A DNA stretch of 63,923 bases, filler included, from an uncultured bacterium (GCA_964506785.1; 5 parts of 5 records of this genome joined end to end with filler, not necessarily neighbours in it), one strand, 5' to 3'; numbered from the whole stretch's first letter, positions 29,663 through 40,717 are shown. Notes: generated from the sequence alone by a model not told the origin. Numbers and translations are program-made.

Positions 29663-30628
29663 TTATAATAATTCCTCTGCCAGATACGAAACTTTTTCGT
29701 CCAACTGCTTAATTATTTTATATTGCTCCTCTAATACAGTAATGCCTCCGTTCATTATTAAATTACGCAAGCTGTCTTTATATCCGCAATAGCTAGATAA
29801 AACACCCAACCAAAACATAAACTTTGACTTTACATCCTGGTTTTGAATCAAGCTGAGCACGTTTTTTTCTGCTTCGTCCGCCAGAGAAAATGAAATTTTC
29901 TTAAACCACCTGAAAGTCGCATAGAAATATCCTAATTCCCAGAAAGGGTTTACCTCATTTGAGAAATAATCGAAATCTGTGCTCAAAGCCTCTATTCTAT
30001 CAAAACTTCGCATAACTCTAAAATTCCAAATATGAGGGTCTTCAATACCGCAGCCATAGGAAAATTTATTGATTGAATGTTTAAGTTTCAATAAACTAAT
30101 TCTAGTTTTGGGTAAAAATTCAAAACCGTAGGTAGAGTCTTTTGCCAATTCTAAAGCGACTTGAACAATAGAAGGAATCACGAATGGTTTATAACTCTGG
30201 TTAATAGAGTTTATCTCTTTGAGATATTCAAAGACAGAAATTAAACTTGAAACAAGGTCATTAGGATTATTTAGCAAATGATCTATCAAGAACTCTCCTA
30301 TCCGTTCGCATAGCACAGTATTATCATAGGGGTATAAATTGACTATTTTGGGAAATAATTTGTTGCGGCACTTCAAAAAGGTTGTTGTTTCAATAAGTTT
30401 TAGATAATCGTCCTTTTTTGCATAAGTTGTAGAGACATATTGTTTAAATTGTTTGTCTATAATGCTGCAGACAATTTTAGCCGGCCATCTATTTTCGTTA
30501 TTGAGAGGAGCTTCCATTATATATCCATATTGCCTTAAAGGAAAATGTGATTGCAGATATGGATTTTGTAATTTTTTATACCCCCTATCTAATAAAAAAT
30601 CTATTTTACCTACCGCTAAATGGTTCAT
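29663..30628 (-). CDS. Hypothetical protein, possible APH/choline kinase-like phosphotransferase
   Basis: EDPHIWNF (Brenner-like DxxxxN), TDFD, PFWELG; low GC. Confidence 0.5.
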   Translation of the reverse strand: MNHLAVGKIDFLLDRGYKKLQNPYLQSHFPLRQYGYIMEAPLNNENRWPAKIVCSIIDKQFKQYVSTTYAKKDDYLKLIETTTFLKCRNKLFPKIVNLYPYDNTVLCERIGEFLIDHLLNNPNDLVSSLISVFEYLKEINSINQSYKPFVIPSIVQVALELAKDSTYGFEFLPKTRISLLKLKHSINKFSYGCGIEDPHIWNFRVMRSFDRIEALSTDFDYFSNEVNPFWELGYFYATFRWFKKISFSLADEAEKNVLSLIQNQDVKSKFMFWLGVLSSYCGYKDSLRNLIMNGGITVLEEQYKIIKQLDEKVSYLAEELL

Positions 30629-30912
30629 TTGCAGATACTTTCGCCTTCAAGTTCGGTTTTGGCCAGCCATAGAGGGCGGCACATCCCGGCAGAAAGGCCC
30701 CTTCACGTCTTCAGGTTATTTCAACTCCATGAACGTTTCCCTTATTAAATTTTATCTTTATAAAATCTGTCCAAAAGTTCTTTAATTAATCTTTTTCCCT
30801 CCTCTTTATCCTTTGCCAGCTTCCTGATTATTGCCTTCTGGCGTCTTATATATTTTCTAAAACCTTTAGCTAATTTTATCTTTGACATTGTTTACTAATT
30901 AAGCGGCTAAGT

Positions 30913-31308
30913 TTAATATCCCTCTACAGGCATTTCTTCTTCGGTCTCTTCATATAATTTTATGAAACTAGCAATCCTTTGCCCCTTTTCATCTACTAGA
31001 TAAGCAATGTCAACCTCACTCCCAACGGGAATTTCCTCCCAGGAAGCTATATTTTCGAGTTCTATTTCCGGATGAATCAAATAAGTGACATTTACCTCTC
31101 GGTCGCTATCCCAATCACGTTCTTTTGTAGTAATTTTATTTGCCGTCTTATCTATAGCGGCTACTCTTCCATAGGCATATTTCATAGATTCGCTTTTTTC
31201 TTCCTGCTCCTGTAAAATATCACCCAAGATGTCTTCCTGAGATAAACACAAATTTGAACAAGAAAAAATGAAACCAACGATTGACATAAAAACCCAGCAT
31301 TTATTCAT
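30913..31308 (-). CDS. Hypothetical secreted acidic protein
   Basis: GGAGG RBS, signal peptide, small beta-rich domain. Confidence 0.7.
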   Translation of the reverse strand: MNKCWVFMSIVGFIFSCSNLCLSQEDILGDILQEQEEKSESMKYAYGRVAAIDKTANKITTKERDWDSDREVNVTYLIHPEIELENIASWEEIPVGSEVDIAYLVDEKGQRIASFIKLYEETEEEMPVEGY

Positions 31309-31323
31309 ATTGTTTACACCTCC

Positions 31324-31569
31324 CTAAATGTTATCTTTCGATTCTCTTGCTTTTTTAAGCTTGTTTAACTTAACTAAATCTTTTTTAAAAATTTCTAATT
31401 CCGACAACCCTGAAGTGATAGTATCAATGAGTCCCCGATGAGCTTTATCTTCAGGCTTATTTAAATGATAGTAGACATTAAGACCCTTTCTTTTGTCAAT
31501 CACCACACCAGTCAAGCGTAAACGGGCAAGATGTTTCGAGACACTTGACTGGCTTGAGCCAAGGACTTT
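31324..31569 (-). CDS. ArsR/SmtB family regulator (5' partial at contig end)
   Basis: LGSSQSSVSKHLARLRLTGVVIDKRKGLNVYY. Confidence 0.85.
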   Translation of the reverse strand, partial: KVLGSSQSSVSKHLARLRLTGVVIDKRKGLNVYYHLNKPEDKAHRGLIDTITSGLSELEIFKKDLVKLNKLKKARESKDNI

Positions 31570-31570
31570 A

Positions 31571-31670
31571 NNNNNNNNNNNNNNNNNNNNNNNNNNNNNN
31601 NNNNNNNNNNNNNNTTAATTAATTAANNNNNNNNNNNNNNNNNNNNNNNNNNNNNNNNNNNNNNNNNNNN
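31571..31670. other. Assembly gap / contig linker
   Basis: N run containing TTAATTAATTAA. Confidence 0.99.
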
Positions 31671-31719
31671 TGTTTGCTGCTTAAGCTGTAATAACACAGG
31701 TGCAAATCTAAGGAAGTAA

Positions 31720-33108
31720 ATGTTAAGAAGCAGGTTTTTATCGGTTTTTATCTTGGCTGTTTTCCTCTGTAATCTCGGCTTGGAAAGCGATAAAGGAAAC
31801 GTTCTTTCTCAAGTCTATTATCTTAAAGGAGCCAGGGCCTTGAATAAGGGAGAGTATCCCGAGGCAATAGCGAAGTTAAGAAAGGCCTTAGAAATCTCTC
31901 CGGAGTCCAAAAAGATAAAACGGGCTTTAGCGACCGCTTTGAATAATTACAGCCAATCGCTGCCGGATGACGAAATAGAGAAATCAATCGAACTTATCGA
32001 GGAGTCCGTTGAGATTTGTCCGGAAGAAGAACAGCTTAAAAAAAATTTAGCAGTTCAGTATACTAACTGCGGATTGAAACTGCAGGAGAAAGGGGATTTG
32101 GCGGAGGCAATCGAAAAGTTTAAAAAATCCATAGACCTTTATCCCGAAGAAGACAAATATCAAGAAAACTTAGGAAGAGCGCTCAACTATAAAGCTAACG
32201 GCTGTTTTAAGAAGGGCGAGTTTGAGGAAGCAGTAAGGACATTTAGTGAAGCCCGGCAGTATATCCCTGAAAATTTTTACCTCTGGATAATGCTGGGAGA
32301 ATCCTATTATAAATTAGACAGGTTAGAAGAAGCGATAGATTGCTGGGGAGAGGCGGAGAAGTTATCGCCGGAAAACCAGATTTTGAAGCAAAAATTGGCC
32401 AAGGCTAAAAAAGAATGGCCGGTGCAGAAAGATTTTCGGAAGTTTAGCTCCAGCTACTTCCAGGTAAATTTCTCACCGGATTTCAGCCGCGACAAAGCCT
32501 ACGAAGTTTATAATTACGTTAAAGAGGCAATCTGGAGCATCGGCCGGGATTTTGGTGTCTATCCTAAGGAGAAATTTTCTGTTTTTGTTTATCAAAGCGG
32601 TGAATTCAATGAGATTTTTGACGAGAGGGAGCATATAGGGGGAGTTTATGACGGAAAGGTGCATCTGCATATAAATGAGAGGACATCTTCAGAAAGAATG
32701 TCAGAAATTATCCGGCATGAGTATACCCATGCAGTAATTTTCTGGACAACGCATGGGAGGTGCCCAGTTTGGCTTAATGAAGGTTTGGCCTGTTTCGAAG
32801 AAAAAAAAGACAAGCCAGTCGATTTTAGCGGCTTAAAAAAATTGGCCCGGCAAAATAAACTGCTCCCTCTATCCGAATTATCAGCGGCCTGTTATAACCT
32901 AAAAGACTTAGGGTTATCAAATTTAGCTTACAAAGAGGCTCATAATCTGGTAAAATACATAATTGCCGAATATGGCTTCTGGCAGGTAAGAAAGATGTTA
33001 GCTTTATTTGGAGAGGGGAAGAAAGAGCCAGATGTAATAAAGGAGGTTTTGCACCTAGAACCTGAAACATTGGAAAGGGATTGGCAGAAAAAATTGCTTT
33101 ATGAGTGA
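31720..33108 (+). CDS. TPR-repeat protein with C-terminal peptidase MA-like (gluzincin) domain
   Basis: Signal/TM, multiple TPRs, HEYTH...PVWLNEGLA. Confidence 0.85.
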   Translation: MLRSRFLSVFILAVFLCNLGLESDKGNVLSQVYYLKGARALNKGEYPEAIAKLRKALEISPESKKIKRALATALNNYSQSLPDDEIEKSIELIEESVEICPEEEQLKKNLAVQYTNCGLKLQEKGDLAEAIEKFKKSIDLYPEEDKYQENLGRALNYKANGCFKKGEFEEAVRTFSEARQYIPENFYLWIMLGESYYKLDRLEEAIDCWGEAEKLSPENQILKQKLAKAKKEWPVQKDFRKFSSSYFQVNFSPDFSRDKAYEVYNYVKEAIWSIGRDFGVYPKEKFSVFVYQSGEFNEIFDEREHIGGVYDGKVHLHINERTSSERMSEIIRHEYTHAVIFWTTHGRCPVWLNEGLACFEEKKDKPVDFSGLKKLARQNKLLPLSELSAACYNLKDLGLSNLAYKEAHNLVKYIIAEYGFWQVRKMLALFGEGKKEPDVIKEVLHLEPETLERDWQKKLLYE

Positions 33109-34168
33109 AGTATTCTTTAGTAAAATTGAAAGAGCTGACCGGGGAAAAATCATTGGAGAAAAGCTAAGGGAACTCTATCAAGTTAGCGGTTTAGAAAGGT
33201 TATTTGGTAAAGGCGACTTTTTGGCAGTAAAGATTCATTTCGGTGAAGCCGGGAACCGCGGTTTTATTAACCCGCTCTGGCTAAAGCCTTTAGTAGCCTG
33301 CGTGAAGGAAAAAGTGCCCCGGGTTTTTTTTACTGATTCCAATACCCTTTATCAAGGCAGGCGGGCCAATGCGGTTGACCATCTGAAATTAGCGGTGGGG
33401 CATAAATTCAGCCTGCAAAATTTGGGGGCGCCGGTAATTATCAGCGATGGTTTATTAGGGAGGAACTATCGGGAAGCCAATATTCCCGGAAGGTATATTA
33501 AAAAGGCAAAAATTGCCAGCGCCATTATTGAATCTGACGGATTATTGGGTTTAGCTCATCTAACCGGCCATTGCCAGACGGGATTAGCCGGGGCGATAAA
33601 AAATGTGGCCATGGGTTGTGCTTCCCGGGCCGGGAAATTAGAACAGCATGCCGATGTGCTTCCAGAAGTTGATGAGGAAAAATGTCTCGGCTGTCAGGAG
33701 TGTCTCCGCTGGTGCCCGGTAGAAGCGATTGAATTTGTCGGCAAGAAAGCAAGAATAAAAAAGGATATCTGTATAGGCTGCGGCGAATGCACAGTAGCCT
33801 GCCGGAACGAGGCCATAAAAATTTTCTGGGATGAGAATCTCCAGAGGCTGCAGGAGAAAATGGTAGAATATTTTTTAGGGGCAACTAAAGGGAAAGAGAA
33901 AAAAACAGGCTTTATAAATTTTCTCACCTCTTTCACTAAAAATTGCGATTGTATGGCTAAGGATGAACCGCCTTTGATTGAAGATATCGGGATACTCGCT
34001 TCCCTTGACCCGGTAGCCATTGATAAAGCCTCAGCTGATTTGATAAATCAGAAGGCGGGGAGAGATATCTTTCGTCAAAATTTTCCGGAAATTGACTGGT
34101 TCTTCCAGCTTAAATATGCCTCGGAATTGGGACTGGGTGATTTAAATTACAACCTGGTAGAGATATAA
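33101..34168 (+). CDS. DUF362 family Fe-S protein with 2x[4Fe-4S] ferredoxin insert
   Basis: KIHFGE, two CxxCxxCxxxC motifs, CDC, DPVAID. Confidence 0.88.
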   Translation: MSEVFFSKIERADRGKIIGEKLRELYQVSGLERLFGKGDFLAVKIHFGEAGNRGFINPLWLKPLVACVKEKVPRVFFTDSNTLYQGRRANAVDHLKLAVGHKFSLQNLGAPVIISDGLLGRNYREANIPGRYIKKAKIASAIIESDGLLGLAHLTGHCQTGLAGAIKNVAMGCASRAGKLEQHADVLPEVDEEKCLGCQECLRWCPVEAIEFVGKKARIKKDICIGCGECTVACRNEAIKIFWDENLQRLQEKMVEYFLGATKGKEKKTGFINFLTSFTKNCDCMAKDEPPLIEDIGILASLDPVAIDKASADLINQKAGRDIFRQNFPEIDWFFQLKYASELGLGDLNYNLVEI

Positions 34169-35479
34169 ATGAAATGTTTGAGTAGATTTTTTCATTTCCA
34201 AGAATTGGAAACTAATTTTCGGACCGAGATTTTGGCCGGTTTAACCACCTTTATGACCATGGCCTATATCATTGTGGTTAACCCGGCAATTTTAGAAGCG
34301 GCCGGTATCCCTAAAGGCCCTTCGATGGTAGCGACGATTCTTTCTGCTTTTTTTGGGACTATGCTGATGGGCGTTTATGCCAGGCGTCCCTTCGCTATTG
34401 CCCCATACATGGGGGAGAATGCATTCATTGCCTATACGGTAGTGAAGATTTTAGGTTACAGCTGGCAGACGGCTTTGGGAGCAATTTTTATCGGCGGTCT
34501 TCTTTTTACCCTCTTGACGATTTTTCGGATGCGTTCCTGGCTGGCCGAAGGTATTCCGGCCGGGTTGAAATATAGTTTTGCCGTGGGCATTGGACTGTTT
34601 TTAATTTTTATCGGGTTTAATGAAACCGGAATAGTTGTTACGGGGTCTCCCGGAGCGCCGGTAAAGGTTGGCCCGGTAACAAGCATCCCGGTGCTCTTAG
34701 CGATTTTTTGTTTTCTTTTGATGAGTATATTAGTCATAAAGAGATTCAAAGGGGCGATTCTTTTAGGCATCTTGGTAACTACCTTTATTTCTTTTCCGTT
34801 GGGGATTGCCCAGGCCCCGGCGCGCTGGATAGCTTTACCGCCGAGTATAGCTCCTATTTTTTTACAGATGGATATTTTGGGAGCTTTGAGCTGGGGATTT
34901 TTTGCCGTAATCCTTACCGTTTTTATTATGGATTTTGTGGATACTATGGGTACTTTAATCGGTGTTTCCGCCCGGGCTAATTTTCTTGATGATGAAGGAA
35001 ATCTTCCGCAGATTGAAAGACCGATGTTAGCCGATGCTTTAGCCACTGTATCTGGTGCTTGCCTGGGAACGACAACCTCCGGGACCTATATTGAGTCAGC
35101 CGCCGGTATTGAAGCGGGCGGCCGCTCGGGCCTTACGGCAGTAGTTACCGCCGGGCTCTTTCTTTTGGCTCTATTTTTTGCGCCGTTCTTTACGGTAGTG
35201 CCGCCTCAAGCCTATGGCCCGGCCTTAATTATAGTTGGATTTTTAATGATGTCTCCAGTAACTAAAATTGATTTTTCCGATTATACCGAAGTCATTCCGG
35301 CTTTTAGCGTAATTGCCCTGATGAGTTTTACTTATAATATCGGGGTCGGGATTACCGCCGGATTTGTTCTTTATCCAATTTTTAAAATAATTTCCGGACG
35401 GGTGAGAGAAATTCATCCGGGCCTCTGGGTTTTGGCGGTTTTATCGCTCCTCTTTTTTATTTTTTACCCGTATCATTAG
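34169..35479 (+). CDS. NCS2/AzgA family purine permease
   Basis: EILAGLTTFMTMAYII.VNP, APYMG.NAF, YIESAAG..GGRSGLT. Confidence 0.92.
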   Translation: MKCLSRFFHFQELETNFRTEILAGLTTFMTMAYIIVVNPAILEAAGIPKGPSMVATILSAFFGTMLMGVYARRPFAIAPYMGENAFIAYTVVKILGYSWQTALGAIFIGGLLFTLLTIFRMRSWLAEGIPAGLKYSFAVGIGLFLIFIGFNETGIVVTGSPGAPVKVGPVTSIPVLLAIFCFLLMSILVIKRFKGAILLGILVTTFISFPLGIAQAPARWIALPPSIAPIFLQMDILGALSWGFFAVILTVFIMDFVDTMGTLIGVSARANFLDDEGNLPQIERPMLADALATVSGACLGTTTSGTYIESAAGIEAGGRSGLTAVVTAGLFLLALFFAPFFTVVPPQAYGPALIIVGFLMMSPVTKIDFSDYTEVIPAFSVIALMSFTYNIGVGITAGFVLYPIFKIISGRVREIHPGLWVLAVLSLLFFIFYPYH

Positions 35480-35493
35480 AAGATGCGTTATTT

Positions 35494-35537
35494 ATAGTTA
35501 ACAGTTTACAGTGGACAGTTCAAGGTTTACAGTCAAG
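35494..35537. repeat. Degenerate period-7 array (ACAGTTN)
   Basis: atagtta acagttt acagtgg acagttc aaggttt acagtca. Confidence 0.7.
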
Positions 35538-35623
35538 AAACGTTTCTAAGTCGCCAGATTTTTTAGCAATTTATCAGTATAAATTATACCTGGTAATAGT
35601 TTAAGTATGGAGGAGCGAGATTG

Positions 35624-35968
35624 ATGAGTGATTGTTTGTTCTGCCAGATTATTGAAAAGAAAATTCCGGCTGAGGTTGTTTATGAAAACGGAAAGGTCCT
35701 GGCATTCCGGGATATTAACCCGCAAGCCCCGGTTCATATTATCATTATCCCTAAAAGCCACATTGAGAGGGTTTCTGATTTAAATCGAGGAAACGGTGAT
35801 TATGGGACGGAGTTGGTTTTGGCAGCCAATGAGATAGCTGCGGAGTTAAAAATAAGAGAGAGCGGTTACCGTTTGGTGATTAACTGCAACCGGGATGCGG
35901 GTCAGGCGGTTTTTCATCTGCATCTCCATCTTCTCGGCGGAAGAAAAATGAGCTGGCCGCCGGGATAA
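35624..35968 (+). CDS. hinT: Histidine triad nucleotide-binding protein
   Basis: CLFC, FRDINPQAPVH, GQAVFHLHLH, WPPG. Confidence 0.93.
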   Translation: MSDCLFCQIIEKKIPAEVVYENGKVLAFRDINPQAPVHIIIIPKSHIERVSDLNRGNGDYGTELVLAANEIAAELKIRESGYRLVINCNRDAGQAVFHLHLHLLGGRKMSWPPG

Positions 35969-36024
35969 TATCGGTAAAGACTAAATAGTAAACGGCGGCG
36001 ATTCACGAAACAGGGGGGGGGATT

Positions 36025-37230
36025 ATGGTTCCGTTAGAGTTAATCTCAAAGATTAGCGTCGAAAATAAGGCAAAAATAGTTTATTTAGTTATTGACGGTT
36101 TAGGCGGGTTACCCTCAAAAGAGGGGAAAACAGAATTAGAATCTGCCTTTAAACCTAATCTGGATGAATTGGCATCCGAGTCTATTTGCGGTTTAAGTAT
36201 CCCTGTTTCTTTTGGCATTACCCCGGGCAGCGGCCCGGGGCACTTAAGCCTGTTTGGATACGACCCGCTTAAATATGAAATTGGCCGCGGAGCATTATCG
36301 GCGGCCGGTATCGGTTTTCATCAAGGGGAAAATGATTTAGCGGCCCGAATTAACTTTGCTACTCTGGATTCAACTGGCCGGATAACTGACCGGCGGGCTG
36401 GAAGGATTCCTACCAGCAAAGCGGCACAATTATGCCGGTTAATTGAAGAAAACCTGAAGTTAAAAGAGGCGAAGGTTTTTATCCGGGCGGAGAAGGAGCA
36501 TCGGGGAGTAGTTATTTTTCGCGGCAAGGGACTTTCTGATAGGTTAACCGATTCCGATCCTCAGGTTGCCGGTATTTCTCCTTTGGTTGTCAAGGCGAAA
36601 GAAAAAAAGGCCCAGCCTGCGGCTAAAATGGTTAATGAGTTCTTATCTAAGGTAAAAAAGATTTTAAAGGCTGAATTGCCGGCTAATATGATTTTAATGA
36701 GAGGTTTTGCCAAAGTGCCTTCTCTTCCGCAAATGGGGGATATCTTCAAATTAAATGCGGCGGCCATTGCTGTTTACCCGATGTATAAGGGAATCGCCAG
36801 GCTTTTGGGGATGGAAATTATTGAAGCCGGAGAAAATATTGCCGATGAATTTAACGCATTGAAGAAAAACTTCTCGAAGTTTAATTTCTTTTTTGTCCAT
36901 ATCAAAGGAACGGATAGCGCCGGAGAAGATGGTGATTTTGAGCGAAAGGTTAAAGTTATTGAACAATTAGATGCGAATCTATCCAAGTTAAGGCAGTTGA
37001 ACCCCGAAGTGATAGTCGTAGCCAGCGACCATTCGACGCCGGCAGCTTTAAAGTTGCACAGTTGGCATCCTTCTCCGTTTATGTTGAGGTCCCGCTGGTG
37101 CCGCCGGGATGAAGTTAAAAATTTTTCGGAAAAGGAATGTTTACGCGGCGGTTTGGGTTTATTCCCGGCGATAGACATTATGCCTTTAGCCCTGGCTAAC
37201 GCCCTCAAGCTTAAAAAATTAGGAGCCTGA
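36025..37230 (+). CDS. apgM: 2,3-bisphosphoglycerate-independent phosphoglycerate mutase (archaeal type)
   Basis: [37 protein letters not shown]. Confidence 0.9.
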   Translation: MVPLELISKISVENKAKIVYLVIDGLGGLPSKEGKTELESAFKPNLDELASESICGLSIPVSFGITPGSGPGHLSLFGYDPLKYEIGRGALSAAGIGFHQGENDLAARINFATLDSTGRITDRRAGRIPTSKAAQLCRLIEENLKLKEAKVFIRAEKEHRGVVIFRGKGLSDRLTDSDPQVAGISPLVVKAKEKKAQPAAKMVNEFLSKVKKILKAELPANMILMRGFAKVPSLPQMGDIFKLNAAAIAVYPMYKGIARLLGMEIIEAGENIADEFNALKKNFSKFNFFFVHIKGTDSAGEDGDFERKVKVIEQLDANLSKLRQLNPEVIVVASDHSTPAALKLHSWHPSPFMLRSRWCRRDEVKNFSEKECLRGGLGLFPAIDIMPLALANALKLKKLGA

Positions 37231-37231
37231 A

Positions 37232-38428
37232 GTGAAAAACCAGCCAGATGTTCGTGGATATTTTGGCAGATTCGGCGGACAGTTTGTCCCGGAGACTTTA
37301 ATGTCGGCTTTAGAAGAACTGAAGCGGGCTTATAAAAAAGCCAAAGCTGATAAAAAGTTCCAAAAAGAGCTGAAGTATTATTTAGAAAAGTATGCCGGCC
37401 GTCCCACGCCTCTCTATCAGGCAGAAAGACTTTCGAAGTTTTTAGGCAAGGCAAAAATCTATTTAAAAAGAGAGGATTTAGCCCATACCGGCGCGCATAA
37501 AATTAACAATACCATCGGCCAGGTGCTTCTGGCCACAAAGATGGGCAAGTATCGGGTTATTGCCGAAACCGGAGCCGGACAACATGGTGTGGCTACGGCA
37601 ACGGCAGCGGCTCTCTTTGGGTTGGACTGCGAAGTTTATATGGGTGAAGAGGATATGAAGCGGCAGGCGGTAAATGTTTATCGAATGAAGCTATTAGGGG
37701 CAAAGGTTAATTGTGTCTCGGCCGGCAGTAAAACTTTAAAGGATTCTATCAACGAAACTTTACGTGACTGGGTAACTAATGTTCGGAGTACCCATTACGT
37801 TTTGGGCTCGGTAGTTGGCCCGCACCCTTTCCCGGTGATGGTCAGGGATTTTCAGACGGTAATCGGGCGGGAGGCCCGCCGGCAAATTTTAAAAGCCGAG
37901 GGACGCCTGCCCAGCTATTTAGTTGCCTGTGTCGGCGGCGGAAGTAATGCGATGGGATTATTTTATCCCTTCCGGAAGGACCCGATTAAATTTATCGGGG
38001 TAGAAGCCGGGGGAAAAGGGATTCAATCAGGAAAGCATGCGGCTACTTTAGTTACCGGTGAATTAGGGGTGCTGCACGGAAATTTGAGTTATCTTATGCA
38101 GGATAAATTCGGCCAGATTCTTCCAACCCATTCGGTTTCGGCCGGTTTGGATTACCCCGGTGTCGGCCCCGAGCATAGTTTTTTAAAGGAGACGGGACGG
38201 GCGGAATATGTAGCCGTTACCGATAAAGAAGCGGTTGACGGGTTTCACTCATTATCTGAATTAGAAGGGATTATTCCGGCTTTGGAACCGGCTCATGCCA
38301 TTGCTTATTTGAAGAAAATGGCCGGCCGTTTGACCAGGAAAGATTTAGTGATAGTTTGTCTCTCCGGACGGGGTGACAAAGATATTGATTTAGTTAGACT
38401 CTGGGAAAAAAATGGATCGAATCGCTAA
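37232..38428 (+). CDS. trpB: Tryptophan synthase beta chain
   Basis: [29 protein letters not shown]. Confidence 0.97.
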   Translation: MKNQPDVRGYFGRFGGQFVPETLMSALEELKRAYKKAKADKKFQKELKYYLEKYAGRPTPLYQAERLSKFLGKAKIYLKREDLAHTGAHKINNTIGQVLLATKMGKYRVIAETGAGQHGVATATAAALFGLDCEVYMGEEDMKRQAVNVYRMKLLGAKVNCVSAGSKTLKDSINETLRDWVTNVRSTHYVLGSVVGPHPFPVMVRDFQTVIGREARRQILKAEGRLPSYLVACVGGGSNAMGLFYPFRKDPIKFIGVEAGGKGIQSGKHAATLVTGELGVLHGNLSYLMQDKFGQILPTHSVSAGLDYPGVGPEHSFLKETGRAEYVAVTDKEAVDGFHSLSELEGIIPALEPAHAIAYLKKMAGRLTRKDLVIVCLSGRGDKDIDLVRLWEKNGSNR

Positions 38429-39215
38429 TAGATTTAAAGAGTTAAAAAAGAAAAGGCAAAAAGCCTTTATTGCTTTTATTATGGGAGGGGATCCGAGCTT
38501 GAAGGCGAGTGAATCTTTGGTTTATGAGTTAGAAAGAAGAGGCGTGGATATGATTGAAATCGGCGTTCCTTTTTCTGACCCCATTGCTGATGGTCCGACT
38601 ATTCAAAGAGCCGGACAGCGGGCTTTAAAAAACAAGGTGTCTTTACCGGTCATTCTGGCAATGGTGAAGAAAATCAGGAAAAAATCAGGGATTCCAATAC
38701 TGCTTATGACTTATTATAATCCCGTTTTGAAGTTCGGTTTGGCAAATTTTGTTAAAGCTTCTCAAGAAGCCGGCCTTGACGGGGTAATTATCCCGGATTT
38801 AACTCCGGAAGAAGGCGGGGTTTTATCTCCTTTGTGCCGGAAGAGGAATCTCGATTTGGTTTTTTTTATTGCGCCAACCAGCACTCCAAAAAGAATCAAA
38901 GAGGTTAATTTAAAAAGCCGCGGTTTTATCTATTGCATTTCACTTTTAGGGGTGACTGGAGAAAGGAAAAATCTTTCCCGGGAAACCAAAGGTTTTCTTA
39001 AAAGAGTGAAGAATCAAGCAAAGCTGCCTCTAGTTGTCGGTTTCGGGATTTCTACTCCGAAGCAGGCTCGGGAGGCAGGCAGTTTTCCAGGGGTTTCCGG
39101 AGTTATTGTCGGAAGCGCCATTGTTAAAAAAATAGAAGAGGATCGCAAAAAGAGAGATTTTGTGGAAAGGGTTGGCAGATTTACCGGGTGTTTGGTTAAA
39201 GGACTTAAGGGTTGA
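38412..39215 (+). CDS. trpA: Tryptophan synthase alpha chain
   Basis: [26 protein letters not shown]. Confidence 0.96.
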   Translation: MDRIANRFKELKKKRQKAFIAFIMGGDPSLKASESLVYELERRGVDMIEIGVPFSDPIADGPTIQRAGQRALKNKVSLPVILAMVKKIRKKSGIPILLMTYYNPVLKFGLANFVKASQEAGLDGVIIPDLTPEEGGVLSPLCRKRNLDLVFFIAPTSTPKRIKEVNLKSRGFIYCISLLGVTGERKNLSRETKGFLKRVKNQAKLPLVVGFGISTPKQAREAGSFPGVSGVIVGSAIVKKIEEDRKKRDFVERVGRFTGCLVKGLKG

Positions 39216-39240
39216 GTACCATGGGCGCTTAATTTTTAGT

Positions 39241-39269
39241 TTGCATTTTAGAAGTATGTATGTTATATT
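39241..39269 (+). promoter_or_regulatory. Sigma70-type promoter
   Basis: TTGCAT, 17 bp spacer, TG-n-TATATT. Confidence 0.6.
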
Positions 39270-39335
39270 CTAAGAACAGTTGCATTCAGCAAATTTAAAG
39301 CCCGAATTGTCATAATGATGGAAGGAGGAGGAATC

Positions 39336-39479
39336 ATGGAAGGTTATTGTGTTAAGTGTAAAGCAAAGAAGGAAATGAAAGACGCTAAAGAGGTTTCGAT
39401 GAAAGGAGGCCGCAGAGCTATGAAGGGTAAATGCCCTGATTGCGGCACGGTCATGTTTAGAATCCTTGGGAAAAAATAG
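39336..39479 (+). CDS. 47-aa basic zinc-ribbon protein (DUF5679-like); absent from the ORF track
   Basis: MEGYCVKCKAKKEMKDAKEVSMKGGRRAMKGKCPDCGTVMFRILGKK; AGGAGG RBS; own promoter and terminator. Confidence 0.85.
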   Translation: MEGYCVKCKAKKEMKDAKEVSMKGGRRAMKGKCPDCGTVMFRILGKK

Positions 39480-39532
39480 TTATCATTTTATGTGAAGAAT
39501 TCGTATTACCACTTTTAGGTATTATCGGAATC

Positions 39533-39572
39533 AGCAGAGTCGATAGAGATTATCGGTTCTGCTATTCTTTTT
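39533..39572 (+). terminator. Intrinsic terminator
   Basis: AGCAGAGTCGATA/TATCGGTTCTGCT stem with T-rich tail. Confidence 0.6.
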
Positions 39573-39649
39573 ACCTTCTTTGTTATCTCTAACGGGGCAG
39601 GTGCGGATTTTCAGGTGGACAGGCTTTATAGGGTCTATGGGATAAGTAA

Positions 39650-40717
39650 ATGGTTATTGTTCTAATTTTAGCCGGCGGCCGGGGCGAACGTTTTTGGCCA
39701 AAAAGCCGAAAAAACTTCCCTAAGCATTTATTAAAGTTTTATGGGCAGGACTCTCTCTTTACTCAAACCATTAAAAGGGCAAAAGGATTAGTGAAGGATG
39801 AACATATCTGGGTAGCGACGAATCAGACACAGGCAGGGTTAATCAAGAAATCATGGAAAGGGAAGTTCCCTTTCCATTTTTTAATTGAACCAGAAGGAAG
39901 GAATACGGCGGCGGCAATAGGGCTGGCGGCGATTAGGTTCAAAAAGAGCTATGGTCCAGAGGCGGTCATGGTGGTATTGTCAGCGGACCACCGGGTAGGT
40001 AAAACAAAAGAGTTTAAAGATAGTCTGCGCGCTAGTATAGATTTGGCTGAGAGAGAAAAAGGACTGGTAACTATCGGAGTGAAAGCCCTTAGGCCAGAGG
40101 CGGGATTTGGCTATCTTGAAAAAGGAGACAAACATTCTTTTATAGCGGGAGCGTTCAGAGTAAAAAGTTTTATCGAAAAGCCTGAAATTTCCCGGGCAAA
40201 AAAGCTTCTGGAAAGTTCCAGGTACCTTTGGAATTCAGGAATTTTTGTCTGGACGGTCGAAGAGATTCTTTCGGCTTTTAAAAAACACCTTCCCGGGCAT
40301 TCCAAGCTTTTGTCTCAAATTGAGAAGAAAAGGGACTATTCGAGTAGGGCCCTTAGGAATATTTATCATCGGTTCGAAAGTATCTCTATTGATTACGGGA
40401 TAATGGAAAAGGCAAAGAATGTTTGGATGATGGAAGGTAAATTCATTTGGGATGACGTTGGCTCCTGGGTTTCCTGGGCGAGGCTTAAAGGTAAAAGGGC
40501 CGGCAAGAATATTACTATCGGTGAAGTTATCCCGATAGATACAAAAGATTCGATTATCTGGAGCGATAAGCAGTTAGTCGCTGCCTTAGGGATAAAAAAT
40601 TTAATTGTCATAGCTGATAAAGATGTCGTTTTGGTCTGTGCTAAGGACCGGGCGCAGGAGATTAAAAAAATTGTCTCCGGGCTTAATCAGAGAAAAAAAT
40701 GGCAAAGGTATGTGTAG
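39650..40717 (+). CDS. manC: Mannose-1-phosphate guanylyltransferase
   Basis: LAGGRGERFWP.SR..PK, EPEGRNTA, EKP, WNSG, SIDYG.ME, WDDVGSW. Confidence 0.93.
   Translation: MVIVLILAGGRGERFWPKSRKNFPKHLLKFYGQDSLFTQTIKRAKGLVKDEHIWVATNQTQAGLIKKSWKGKFPFHFLIEPEGRNTAAAIGLAAIRFKKSYGPEAVMVVLSADHRVGKTKEFKDSLRASIDLAEREKGLVTIGVKALRPEAGFGYLEKGDKHSFIAGAFRVKSFIEKPEISRAKKLLESSRYLWNSGIFVWTVEEILSAFKKHLPGHSKLLSQIEKKRDYSSRALRNIYHRFESISIDYGIMEKAKNVWMMEGKFIWDDVGSWVSWARLKGKRAGKNITIGEVIPIDTKDSIIWSDKQLVAALGIKNLIVIADKDVVLVCAKDRAQEIKKIVSGLNQRKKWQRYV

Noticed and set aside
34456-37454. Long antisense ORFs (e.g. 34456-35046, 36774-37454; also 1264-1779, 53366-53848, 59792-60247)
   Set aside because: Shadow frames opposite well-supported genes with no motifs of their own
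39584-39597. Lone right end ATCTCTAACGGGG of the palindromic element
   Set aside because: No convincing left end or target duplication; counted only as a possible remnant
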